Shown in pieces: positions 1 to 7,872 of a stretch of 39,935 nt of DNA; within the stretch, counting starts at the first letter, position 1, and the number at the start of each line of letters is the position of its first letter. This DNA is from a virus. Both the position numbers and the translations under genes were made by a program. The stretch lies in the UHGV virus genome UHGV-0040432. One strand, 5' to 3'. The notes under the pieces were generated by a model. That model did no database searches, was not told the DNA's origin, and was given only the letters and a program-made list of their open reading frames with translations.

Positions 1-49
1 AAAATAGCGAAATGATTTTGGATTATCTTCAGAACGGATATTGATAATT

Positions 50-511
50 ATGCTGGGTGATAGCTTTCCTCCTGGGTTTATGGCTAGTTTTAGTCAGAAT
101 AGAGGTATATCACCTGGCGATGTTTTGTATCTACACTGTGAATTTACCACCCCGCCGAAAATTAAATTCATGGTAGTAGTTTGTTGTGAGCCACTTCTTG
201 TTCTTTTGATAAATTCCGAAGTAAACCCATTTATTCAACAAAACCATTCATTGATGGTTTGTCAGGTTGCGATCAGTCAAGCAGACCATGATTTTCTTGA
301 TTGGGACTCCTTTGTAAATTGCATTCAGGCCCATGAAGCATTTGACCTAGAGGTTATCAAAGAGCAGATAGCCGCTGACTATGGTGGGGTTTTGAAGGGG
401 CGTATTACAGATCAATGTATGCAACAAGTTCGGACTGCTGTTATGGCGTCTAAAACAATGGTAAAACGCCACAAAAGATCGATACTTAATGCGCTTCAAC
501 AATATGAGTAA
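50..511 (+). CDS. Hypothetical protein, AT-rich accessory (moron-like) gene
   Basis: Track ORF 41..511 with first ATG at 50; opposite orientation to the neighbouring early genes; followed by a hairpin terminator. No motif recognised. Confidence 0.45.
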   Translation: MLGDSFPPGFMASFSQNRGISPGDVLYLHCEFTTPPKIKFMVVVCCEPLLVLLINSEVNPFIQQNHSLMVCQVAISQADHDFLDWDSFVNCIQAHEAFDLEVIKEQIAADYGGVLKGRITDQCMQQVRTAVMASKTMVKRHKRSILNALQQYE

Positions 512-536
512 ACCCGCTATCTGGCGGGTTTATATT
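511..536 (+). terminator. Intrinsic terminator-like hairpin between convergent genes
   Basis: AACCCGC-tatctg-GCGGGTT stem-loop at 511..530 followed by TATATT. Confidence 0.45.
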
Positions 537-545
537 CAATAAAAT

Positions 546-824
546 TCAGCTAATTTTTCGCTTATCTGTTCTTACTCTCTCCCATTCAATTCTGCCTTCT
601 TCACGCCGCTGGTCTATATACTCAGCAAGATCCTGAATGTTGATGCAGCGCTTCGCTTTCTGTGATGTTCCTACACGATAAGTCGGAATAGGCAACTGAC
701 AGGCATTTGCTTTCGCTTCTGCTGTGTTAGGGCTCATACCGAAATACTTTTGGCATACAGCTGACAGCTCGATGTTAGGCGTGTTGAACTCAGCCATAAG
801 TAAAAACAAAGTATTCATAGACAT
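546..824 (-). CDS. PrtN-like small DNA-binding regulator (pyocin-activator/excisionase-like family)
   Basis: 92-aa ORF; N-terminus MNTLFLLMAEF and overall pattern recalled as PrtN-family; not verified by search. Confidence 0.55.
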   Translation of the reverse strand: MSMNTLFLLMAEFNTPNIELSAVCQKYFGMSPNTAEAKANACQLPIPTYRVGTSQKAKRCINIQDLAEYIDQRREEGRIEWERVRTDKRKIS

Positions 825-856
825 TCTCCATACAACCTGGCTGCACCCAGGGAAAA

Positions 857-1429
857 TTACAGGTCTCTGCTGGTGGCCGGAATCAACTTCTGCCAGATCG
901 CGGACACGTATTTTGCTTGATGTCGCGCATCGGCCAGTGCGTTATGTGCAACCCCATCGAATGGCATATCTCGCTTTGGATCGAAACCCACAACTCTGCC
1001 TAATGTGACGATGGTTCTGACGTCGTGATCGTTACAAAATTGCCACGGGCAAACCTGGCCGGCGTGCTCATATGCGCCGCGCAATATAACGTTGTCGAAA
1101 GTAGCTCCATTGCCCCAAACTTTTAAATATTTTGGGTTATCAGAATGCCGATTAATGAAATGGTTCAGTTCAGATAGGGCAGACGATATCGGCATCGCAT
1201 CATCAACACAGATTGCTGATCGCGCTTCTGAGCTTTGTCTTAACCACCACAGAATAGTGTCACCATCCGGCACCGCTCCCTGCTCCATAGCGCTTTCAAG
1301 GTTAACGGCGGTGTAAAACTCCTGACCCAATTCACCGCTTTGCGGATCGAAGAATACGGCACCAATGGAGACGATAGGGGCATTCGGTTTTTTGCCCATG
1401 GATTCAAGGTCGATCATTAAGTTGTTCAT
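857..1429 (-). CDS. DEDDh-type 3'-5' exonuclease (DnaQ-like)
   Basis: 190-aa ORF with DLESMG (Exo I D-x-E) and HNALADA (Exo III H-x4-D) motifs; overlaps downstream gene start by 4 nt. Confidence 0.7.
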   Translation of the reverse strand: MNNLMIDLESMGKKPNAPIVSIGAVFFDPQSGELGQEFYTAVNLESAMEQGAVPDGDTILWWLRQSSEARSAICVDDAMPISSALSELNHFINRHSDNPKYLKVWGNGATFDNVILRGAYEHAGQVCPWQFCNDHDVRTIVTLGRVVGFDPKRDMPFDGVAHNALADARHQAKYVSAIWQKLIPATSRDL

Positions 1430-1815
1430 ATTTTCTCTCTAATAGCTATGATTTCTTCCCCTTCTAAAGGGAGATGGGTAATCGCGAATGCCCCATCCTT
1501 CTTTTTGCCGATTGCGATAAATAGCGCGCCAATTTCTCTACGCTCAAGCCATGCATCACCACCGTTAACCCGGGTACGTAAGGTTGCCCAATCAGGTGCT
1601 TTTATAAAGTGGCGATAATTACCCTTCAAATATTTCCATACCGGCTCAGCATCAAACGCTGCAATCACCCCATCAATCACCTTCACAGCATCAGCCATTG
1701 CGTAGCCGAGATTACCGCCGTCGCTTTGTGCTGCTGCTTTGCTGAGTATTTCGCTTATCTGGTGCAGGCGATCGAGTGATACAGGACCGTGCGCCGGGTG
1801 GTTGTTAGTTGTCAT
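1426..1815 (-). CDS. Hypothetical phage early protein
   Basis: 129-aa ORF, translationally coupled (ATGA/ATGG-type overlaps) within the leftward operon. Confidence 0.6.
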   Translation of the reverse strand: MTTNNHPAHGPVSLDRLHQISEILSKAAAQSDGGNLGYAMADAVKVIDGVIAAFDAEPVWKYLKGNYRHFIKAPDWATLRTRVNGGDAWLERREIGALFIAIGKKKDGAFAITHLPLEGEEIIAIREKI

Positions 1816-2048
1816 GGGTTAGTCCTCACGGTTCTAAACAATACTGATTGCTGAAAGCCGGTAAGAAACCATAGCCCATCGACTCGCTGGCTCATCTCGT
1901 ACCAGTCTTCCGGGTTAAGGTCGGACACGAGGTTGTCACCACAAATACAAATATCAGGTCCGCGTTTCTCGGAATCATAAATATCACCTGGTGAAAACCA
2001 CTCAGGATTAGTGGAGTGAACACACTCCATTTTTGTTACGTCCGCCAT
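1812..2048 (-). CDS. Hypothetical small Cys-containing protein
   Basis: 78-aa ORF tightly packed in the operon; several Cys residues (C..C.C) may form a metal site. Confidence 0.55.
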   Translation of the reverse strand: MADVTKMECVHSTNPEWFSPGDIYDSEKRGPDICICGDNLVSDLNPEDWYEMSQRVDGLWFLTGFQQSVLFRTVRTNP

Positions 2049-2049
2049 C

Positions 2050-2577
2050 TCATTCCCCCTTCACGCCAATGCCAGCGGCGCGGAGTGCTTCTATGAAAAT
2101 ATCAAGCCCCTGATTAAATCCGATAGCCTCATAAAACTGTTTTGTGTGCATGTCCGGTGAATTGCGATATTGGGGCAGCGTCACTGTCCGCGCCTCCAGT
2201 TCTGCTATGCGCTGCCGAGCAGACTGATAAGCATCGATAACCACGTCCAACAATTGCCCGTCACACAGCAGTTTGCTAAGTTCAGGCTTCCACGCTACGC
2301 AGTCATCATCCGGGTCCTGCATGTTGTAGACGTAAGTATCAAAGGCACCCATAAAGCGCCCGAATCCTCCTTTGTCGTCTACAAGCACTTGCCAGGCGCG
2401 GAGAAGAAACAGTTTTTGGTTACGATCTAAATCCGTTCGGGATAGCTCATCAGCGATAATGCTGCTTTCACTACCGTGCCAGCGAGCGTCATTGCGTTGT
2501 GCCGCATGAAACAACTTCCAGAAATACTCGGTTTCTTTCTGATCAGGACGGCATTGCTTAATTGTATGCACTGTCAT
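2050..2577 (-). CDS. Hypothetical phage early protein
   Basis: 175-aa ORF with protein-like composition; 2-nt gap to the downstream gene. Confidence 0.6.
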   Translation of the reverse strand: MTVHTIKQCRPDQKETEYFWKLFHAAQRNDARWHGSESSIIADELSRTDLDRNQKLFLLRAWQVLVDDKGGFGRFMGAFDTYVYNMQDPDDDCVAWKPELSKLLCDGQLLDVVIDAYQSARQRIAELEARTVTLPQYRNSPDMHTKQFYEAIGFNQGLDIFIEALRAAGIGVKGE

Positions 2578-2605
2578 GCTGCGCGCTCCTGTTTGTTAAG
2601 TGCGG

Positions 2606-2860
2606 TCATTGGACTGTTCCTTTTCTGACTCTGCTCAATAACTTGTTAAACATCATGGTTAGGCTGTTACTGCACCCAAACGGCATATCGTTAACACGGT
2701 ATGTTGGAATGCCCTTGCGAACACCAGACTTCACGATCCGACCGGTGCCATAGAGTTGCGATAATGCGCCAGCGATCGAAGCTGTCTTTTTGTTTAAACC
2801 CTTAGCTATTTCAGCGCTGGTGGCGTTGGGGTGAGCCTGGAGATATTCAAATACGGTCAT
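2606..2860 (-). CDS. Small putative winged-helix DNA-binding protein
   Basis: 84-aa ORF; helix-turn-helix-like segment SAEIAKGLNKKTASIAGALSQL. Confidence 0.55.
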   Translation of the reverse strand: MTVFEYLQAHPNATSAEIAKGLNKKTASIAGALSQLYGTGRIVKSGVRKGIPTYRVNDMPFGCSNSLTMMFNKLLSRVRKGTVQ

Positions 2861-3033
2861 GGAGTTTTACCTTTACGTTCCTGTTCCAGTTGCACCAGAG
2901 ACTCTTTTAATGCTGCGAACGTAGCTTCCAGTCTGGTGGCGACTTCGCGCATAAGAGGTGCATGCTTTGGTGGCAATTCAGCAACGGAGGCAAAAGCCTC
3001 AGCTACGAGTTCTTTTACCTTCATGCGGCGCAT
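2857..3033 (-). CDS. Small hypothetical protein (58 aa; below the ORF-track size cutoff)
   Basis: Own translation of the minus strand: MRRMKVKELVAEAFASVAELPPKHAPLMREVATRLEATFAALKESLVQLEQERKGKTP; fills the gap between flanking genes with ATGA overlap to the downstream start. Confidence 0.4.
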   Translation of the reverse strand: MRRMKVKELVAEAFASVAELPPKHAPLMREVATRLEATFAALKESLVQLEQERKGKTP

Positions 3034-3560
3034 TGGCGCAGTTCCACCAGTTCGTTAAAGCGATTCATGAACAGGCCATAGGCTTGACCAGGACGGAGAG
3101 GGATAACCTGAACGAGATCAGAGCAGGGAATACCTTCGAGAATTTCCCATTTCGAGCCGTCATCGATTTCCAGATCACGGCGCTCGGTAGCTAACATGGT
3201 TAGATCGGCATATTTCACGGCAGCAGCTTGTTCAAGTGAGATACCGAATTTAAAGCGGATAAGACCATCAACATAAGTTTCCATGCGTTGGTAGTCAGGT
3301 AACAGGGCTTTGAGCGGGGCAGGAATATCCTGGCAATATGCCTCCGCAGCGTCGTGCATCAGCGCTTCAAAGGCGAACTCTGGCGGTACAATCTGGCTTA
3401 CAAGCACAGAGTGCTGGGCCACGCTGTAGAATTCTGGCAGATGCCCAGCGAATCGACAGATGTTGGAAAGCGCAGTCGCGATATCCTCAACATCGATATC
3501 GTCGATTGTGGCGGTCAGGTAGTTAAATTTTTTACCGGATAATGTCTGAATGTAGCTCAT
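3021..3560 (-). CDS. HD-domain phosphohydrolase (YfdR-like 5'-deoxynucleotidase family)
   Basis: Contains H..HD motif (SVAQHS, EALMHDAAEAY). Start chosen at MSYIQ because GGAG lies 8 nt upstream; track ORF extends to 3587. Confidence 0.65.
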   Translation of the reverse strand: MSYIQTLSGKKFNYLTATIDDIDVEDIATALSNICRFAGHLPEFYSVAQHSVLVSQIVPPEFAFEALMHDAAEAYCQDIPAPLKALLPDYQRMETYVDGLIRFKFGISLEQAAAVKYADLTMLATERRDLEIDDGSKWEILEGIPCSDLVQVIPLRPGQAYGLFMNRFNELVELRQCAA

Positions 3561-3688
3561 GGTTTTCTCCATATTGGCGCGCTGCACCGCGCAGATTTTG
3601 GTTGCACTAATCCCTCGCCGGGTGGCGATAATTAATGGAATTACGCTTCAATAAATCCCCGCGGCGCCGGGGATTTAATGCAGAGCAA

Positions 3689-4516
3689 TTAGGCTTTAAA
3701 GTTACCGATGAAAGTTTCCACTGATTCACCGTCGAACTTACTGATCAGCAAATCGCGGAATTCGTTGGCGATCTCTTCTTCCTGGGCTTCAAGTTGGACG
3801 ATGCGCAGAACAAAGCAGGGGTCATCGCTGGTCAGCAGGCTGTTACGCAAGCTAAAGCGGCGTTCGCCCAGACCTTCATACGGCACACATTTGAACTCGA
3901 ACGCCACAGGCATTACGTCTTTGCTGCTTGCTTCAACGCTTTGCATCAGCGATTTTTTACCAGCGAAATCACCAGTTTCATGGTCCTGCTGTGTTGCTTG
4001 CTGAATAGTGATACGACGCACAGCCTGAGCTGCCTGGGAAATCTGCATCGTATTGCCATCAGCATCAAACGCCAGCAGGTAATCGCTCCAGTCTTCCAGC
4101 CATTCAGCGATTTGCTTTTGCTTCAAACGTTGACCATCGATCTGCAGTAACGCGCGGAACGGGGCGGTTTTCTTCAGGGTGATCGAAGCAACGTTATCGG
4201 CGTGACCGGGATTATCCAGGGTGCCGATGTTGAACACTGAACGGGCGGTCATGTTGTCAGCATCAATGAAGCAACGGGCTGGATCGCTGGCGCTGGCGTA
4301 ACCTTTAGAATAACGTGCGAAATCGTCAATACTGGTTGTTGTCATTGCACCACGGAAGCGGAAACGCTCCAGAGAAAAGCGCTCAAGGCTTTCAACGCTA
4401 GTGCCATCTGGCAGCAATGCGGTCGGGCAAGCCAGGCCATGAATATCATTCAGGTGGTAGCCAGAAAGGACCAGGTCTTTTACCTGCTGAAATGTACCGC
4501 TGTCTAACTGAGACAT
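3689..4516 (-). CDS. Hypothetical prophage protein (YfdQ/DUF2303-like by recollection)
   Basis: 275-aa ORF; size and position match yfdQ-type genes of enterobacterial prophages; not verified. Confidence 0.55.
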   Translation of the reverse strand: MSQLDSGTFQQVKDLVLSGYHLNDIHGLACPTALLPDGTSVESLERFSLERFRFRGAMTTTSIDDFARYSKGYASASDPARCFIDADNMTARSVFNIGTLDNPGHADNVASITLKKTAPFRALLQIDGQRLKQKQIAEWLEDWSDYLLAFDADGNTMQISQAAQAVRRITIQQATQQDHETGDFAGKKSLMQSVEASSKDVMPVAFEFKCVPYEGLGERRFSLRNSLLTSDDPCFVLRIVQLEAQEEEIANEFRDLLISKFDGESVETFIGNFKA

Positions 4517-4572
4517 AAAAATTCCTTATTAACTGATGATCAAAGTGGTATCAGTGAGTTTGTTGTTGCGGA

Positions 4573-4944
4573 TCACTGAGCCGCTTTAAGCTTTCCATCC
4601 ACCGCGCCAGTGATCCCGAACAGCTGGCCCTGATCTTCCTGCAGGATGGTGAGCTTCCCGCCTTTGTTGACCCACATCGGGGTTTCGGTTGTGTCCTCTT
4701 CGGAAGCCTTACCACGCGGTGTCGGGGTGCTGTAGTTCAGCTTGTGCTTGATCTTGACGCGCTTCTCTTCAACGGAATTACCCATGCGCTCAAAATCAAA
4801 TGTGAGGACTACTTTGCCTTTGTTGCCGTTGTTCAGAACGCCAAGCGCGGTGGTATTAAGTGCTGCCGCGATTTTGTTCATGAACACGCCGGCATCCAGT
4901 TCGCCAAGAAAATCTGGCACTACGGTCATGCGGTCATTACTCAT
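4573..4944 (-). CDS. Hypothetical prophage protein (YfdP-like); first gene of the leftward early operon
   Basis: 123-aa ORF; GAGGG Shine-Dalgarno upstream of the ATG on the minus strand. Confidence 0.55.
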   Translation of the reverse strand: MSNDRMTVVPDFLGELDAGVFMNKIAAALNTTALGVLNNGNKGKVVLTFDFERMGNSVEEKRVKIKHKLNYSTPTPRGKASEEDTTETPMWVNKGGKLTILQEDQGQLFGITGAVDGKLKAAQ

Positions 4945-5815
4945 GGTTTTACCCTCGTTAAGGCGGCTGCCACCGCCGAACTTTCTCCATACACAACAGA
5001 GAAGGGCATCTGCATTGGTCCGCGGCTTGCAGGGACCGCTTTCTTTTTGCCCGGGTGGATTGGGTTATGAGCCCGTCGCCCGGTGATGCCCTTTTCTGTT
5101 GCGTAAAAAGGGCGGTACCGAGGTAGAACATTATCTTCGTCCCCCTTGCATAAGGTTGAAGACCCTGGTACCGCCAAGACTACACACAGCAATACTGGAA
5201 CTACGGTTATCACGGTCCTAAGCGTGATTTGGTTGTGGTGGCCGGTGCTGCGATATTCCGGCATGGGTTGATTACCAGTGACGCACCCTTTCGGGACACT
5301 CCCTCACGGTTTAGCGCATCAGCCTGCGCATTCACCACAACGAAGAGAACATTGCCGGTGTTCGAATCGAACGAACCTTTTCCCTGCCCAACCCTCCCAA
5401 CTAAATGGGACTGTCTGGAATCGAACCAGCACTTATGCCTTGCTCGTCAATGTTCTCATCGTTGTGCCCTGAAAAAGGCTGGCGGTTACCGGACAAGTGG
5501 GAAAACACCGGGCCGCCAGAACAGGGAGTTACTTGTTATAGCTTTGGCCTGCTTTTAACCACATCAGGCGCGGTGGTAGGTATCTTCGGGCGGGGTGCTA
5601 AGGGGGTGATTAGCCCTTGCCCTTAACACTCCTGCTGGTTTTGGTATTCCTGGCTTGGGTATCGCCACCAGCTATAGGAATTTGACTACGAGTCGCGGTT
5701 AATCAGACCGCGTCTCTGTTACCCCTCCCGAAGACACCTGTCAGCGAATCATCCGGTTATTCATACGCCACCGGCGGCTACTTCGTGGGCGTCCTGCCTG
5801 TTCGCTATGGAGTAG
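4945..5815 (-). other. ORF-free leader of the PL transcript; candidate structured noncoding RNA region
   Basis: No minus-strand ORF of 60 aa or more between 5265 and 5922; plus-strand ORFs here overlap in three frames with implausible composition; several GC-rich inverted repeats. Confidence 0.4.
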
Positions 5816-5867
5816 ACAATAAAATTAAATTGCGAATAACGCAAGTATTAAATTGCGATTTGCGCAA
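5816..5867 (-). promoter_or_regulatory. PL-like promoter with two OL-like operators
   Basis: Minus strand reads TTGCGT-17 nt-TATTGT (plus coordinates 5839..5844 and 5816..5821); operators TTGCG-N5-CGCAA at 5830..5844 and 5853..5867. Confidence 0.55.
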
Positions 5868-5876
5868 TATCGAGGC

Positions 5877-5904
5877 GTAAAAAAAACCGCCGTAAAGGCG
5901 GTTT
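5877..5904 (-). terminator. Intrinsic terminator downstream of the repressor gene
   Basis: AACCGCC-gtaaa-GGCGGTT hairpin followed on the minus strand by a U8 run. Confidence 0.75.
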
Positions 5905-5922
5905 CAACATTGATATGTAGTG

Positions 5923-6615
5923 TCAGGCGTGGCGTTTGAATGATTGAGATTGGCTTATCATTACCTTCCCAAAAATGTAAAAACGGTGTTCGTTTGTCTC
6001 ATCCACAGACCATTCTCTATATTTTGGGTTATCCGATATCACCAACAACTTATCAGGTATCATCTGTAATCGTTTGACGTAAATTTTATCATCAAAACCA
6101 AATACATATATTCCATCACCATCGAATTCATGAATAGAGATATCAACGAAGAGAAGATCACCAGGTTCGATAGTCTCAGCCATACTGTCGCCTCGAACGT
6201 TGATTACTTTTACTTGATCTGCCGTTCTTCCGCCGAACATCGCTAGCGCACGTTCATTGTTGTATTCGATTGACCTGATGACATCAATAATATCGCTGCC
6301 TTGAATAAAGCCACCACCAGCGCTGGCACTTACATCAAGAATCTCCACTCTAAACACAGATCCATCTCCAGAATGTGGGTTACTACCACTGTATTCACAT
6401 ACAGTAGTTTTATTTCCGCCTGGAGTAAATAGATCAGCAACGCTAACGCCTAAAGCTTGAGCATATTTGCTAAGTGATTGTTCAGTAAATGACTTCTGTT
6501 TGCCGGTTTCTACGCGCGAGATGTTAGCTCCGTCGACACCAACGGCTTCAGCAAGATCAGCGATTTTTAGACCCTTCGCTGTGCGAAGTTCTCTTATGCG
6601 GTTTCCTATGTTCAT
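5923..6615 (-). CDS. cI: cI-like repressor (N-terminal HTH, C-terminal S24 LexA-type peptidase domain)
   Basis: HTH segment IRELRTAKGLKIADLAEAVGV and GDSM serine motif with downstream Lys. Start set at the ATG giving MNIGNRIREL; track ORF begins at an upstream TTG (6678). Confidence 0.8.
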   Translation of the reverse strand: MNIGNRIRELRTAKGLKIADLAEAVGVDGANISRVETGKQKSFTEQSLSKYAQALGVSVADLFTPGGNKTTVCEYSGSNPHSGDGSVFRVEILDVSASAGGGFIQGSDIIDVIRSIEYNNERALAMFGGRTADQVKVINVRGDSMAETIEPGDLLFVDISIHEFDGDGIYVFGFDDKIYVKRLQMIPDKLLVISDNPKYREWSVDETNEHRFYIFGKVMISQSQSFKRHA

Positions 6616-6635
6616 GCGTCTATTACATGTTTTTT

Positions 6636-6698
6636 TTGCGTGATGTGCAAAGCAACTTGCGCAAGTCGTACGTTCCAATTAATATGCGTATTACGCAA
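6636..6698 (+). promoter_or_regulatory. OR region: PR promoter overlapping three operator-like palindromes
   Basis: PR -35 TTGCGC (6657..6662), 17-nt spacer, -10 TAATAT (6680..6685); operators at 6636..6650, about 6655..6671 and 6684..6698. Confidence 0.6.
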
Positions 6699-6712
6699 TT
6701 AAAGGAGGGTAT

Positions 6713-6958
6713 ATGCAATCACCGTTACGAATCTTGCGTAAATCGCAAGGTATGACTCTTTCCTGTGTAGCAAAAGGGGTTGATATCGACCCGGGAAATC
6801 TAAGTCGGATAGAGCGAGGGCAGCAAATTGCTTCCCTAGATATTGCTGAACGTCTAGTCCGTTTCTTCTCGGGAAAAATCAATGAGCTAGAAATTCTTTA
6901 CCCACATCGCTATTCGAACTGTACAGGCGCGAGTACAGACATAAAACCACAGGAATAA
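6713..6958 (+). CDS. cro: Cro-like HTH regulator (XRE family)
   Basis: 81-aa ORF divergent from cI; AGGAGGG Shine-Dalgarno upstream; HTH segment RKSQGMTLSCVAKGVDIDPGNLSRIERG. Confidence 0.8.
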   Translation: MQSPLRILRKSQGMTLSCVAKGVDIDPGNLSRIERGQQIASLDIAERLVRFFSGKINELEILYPHRYSNCTGASTDIKPQE

Positions 6959-6968
6959 GGGGTTAACC

Positions 6969-7520
6969 GTGGGTAACGAACCTATTTGGAAAGTTGAACG
7001 CCAGCCAGCCTGGCTGGTGGTAGCGATTAAAAGAACGATTACCGATCTACCTGGTGGTTATGCCGAGGCGGCGGAATGGTTGGGCGTGACAGAGAACGCA
7101 TTGTTTAACCGCCTTCGTGTCGACGGGGATCAGATCTTCCCTATGGGATGGGCGATGGTATTACAGAAAGCCGCCGGTGTTAGCTACATAGCTGATGCGT
7201 TTTCTCGCCAAACAGATAACGGGATCCATATCCCGGGTGCGGCACCAGAAACAGAGAACGAAGAGATTGGCTTAAAACTGGCTGAGCTGGTGGGCAGGCT
7301 TGGTGACCTGGTTAACGCATATCGTCGATACATCGATGATGGTGTGGTTGATAAAGGGGAGTGGGACAGTCTGAACGAAATCGCCTACCAGTTCCGGGTA
7401 ACGCTTATGACGTTTCTGAACCTGATTTCACGAGTCTATTGCCTTCCAGAAAAGAGTGACGCCCGCGAGTGTGCAGCTCCGGGCGCCTTGGCGAACAACT
7501 CTTCGAGTATGGAGAAATAA
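6969..7520 (+). CDS. CII-like regulatory protein
   Basis: 183-aa ORF with GTG start directly after cro; HTH-like AEWLGVTENALFNRLR; positional analogy to lambda cII. Confidence 0.5.
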   Translation: MGNEPIWKVERQPAWLVVAIKRTITDLPGGYAEAAEWLGVTENALFNRLRVDGDQIFPMGWAMVLQKAAGVSYIADAFSRQTDNGIHIPGAAPETENEEIGLKLAELVGRLGDLVNAYRRYIDDGVVDKGEWDSLNEIAYQFRVTLMTFLNLISRVYCLPEKSDARECAAPGALANNSSSMEK

Positions 7521-7692
7521 TCCGCATGAACAGTTTAACGGCTTTTAACCGTCTACCGCAACTAAGGATGATCCCGGTTTCGGGTACTCCGTTGTTTCGG
7601 TATGAACGCAGATTATCAAACCGCTGGGTTCCGTGTAACCACAGTAGGGCGGTTTCAATTGTGGGGGTCTACAACCGGAGGGCAAAACGCCT

Positions 7693-7872
7693 GTGCGCGA
7701 ACTTAACCGAAGGTTCAAAGACCACCGCGGGGTGCCTGTCCGTTTTATCCGCTGGGAACCAGAAACACAACGCGTTATCTACCTGCGTGATGGCTACCCG
7801 CACGAATGCTTCAGCCCACTTGAGCATTTCAGGCAAAAGTTCAGGGAGATAACGGACGATCATGAGCACTAA
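7693..7872 (+). CDS. Small hypothetical protein (59 aa, GTG start)
   Basis: Own translation: VRELNRRFKDHRGVPVRFIRWEPETQRVIYLRDGYPHECFSPLEHFRQKFREITDDHEH; GGAGGG lies 10 nt upstream. Competes with the compositionally odd track ORF 7469..7852. Confidence 0.3.
   Translation: MRELNRRFKDHRGVPVRFIRWEPETQRVIYLRDGYPHECFSPLEHFRQKFREITDDHEH

Noticed and set aside
5400-5430. tRNA-like T-arm motif (GGTTCGATTCC on the minus strand) inside the ORF-free region
   Set aside because: No complementary acceptor-stem 5' strand at the expected distance and no D or anticodon arm could be placed; treated as part of the unexplained structured region, not a tRNA gene.
4941-5626. Track ORFs 4941..5264 (-), 5229..5558 (+), 5278..5472 (+) and 5405..5626 (+)
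   Set aside because: They overlap in different frames, lack ribosome-binding sites and have Arg/Pro/Ser/Cys-rich composition typical of random GC-rich sequence.
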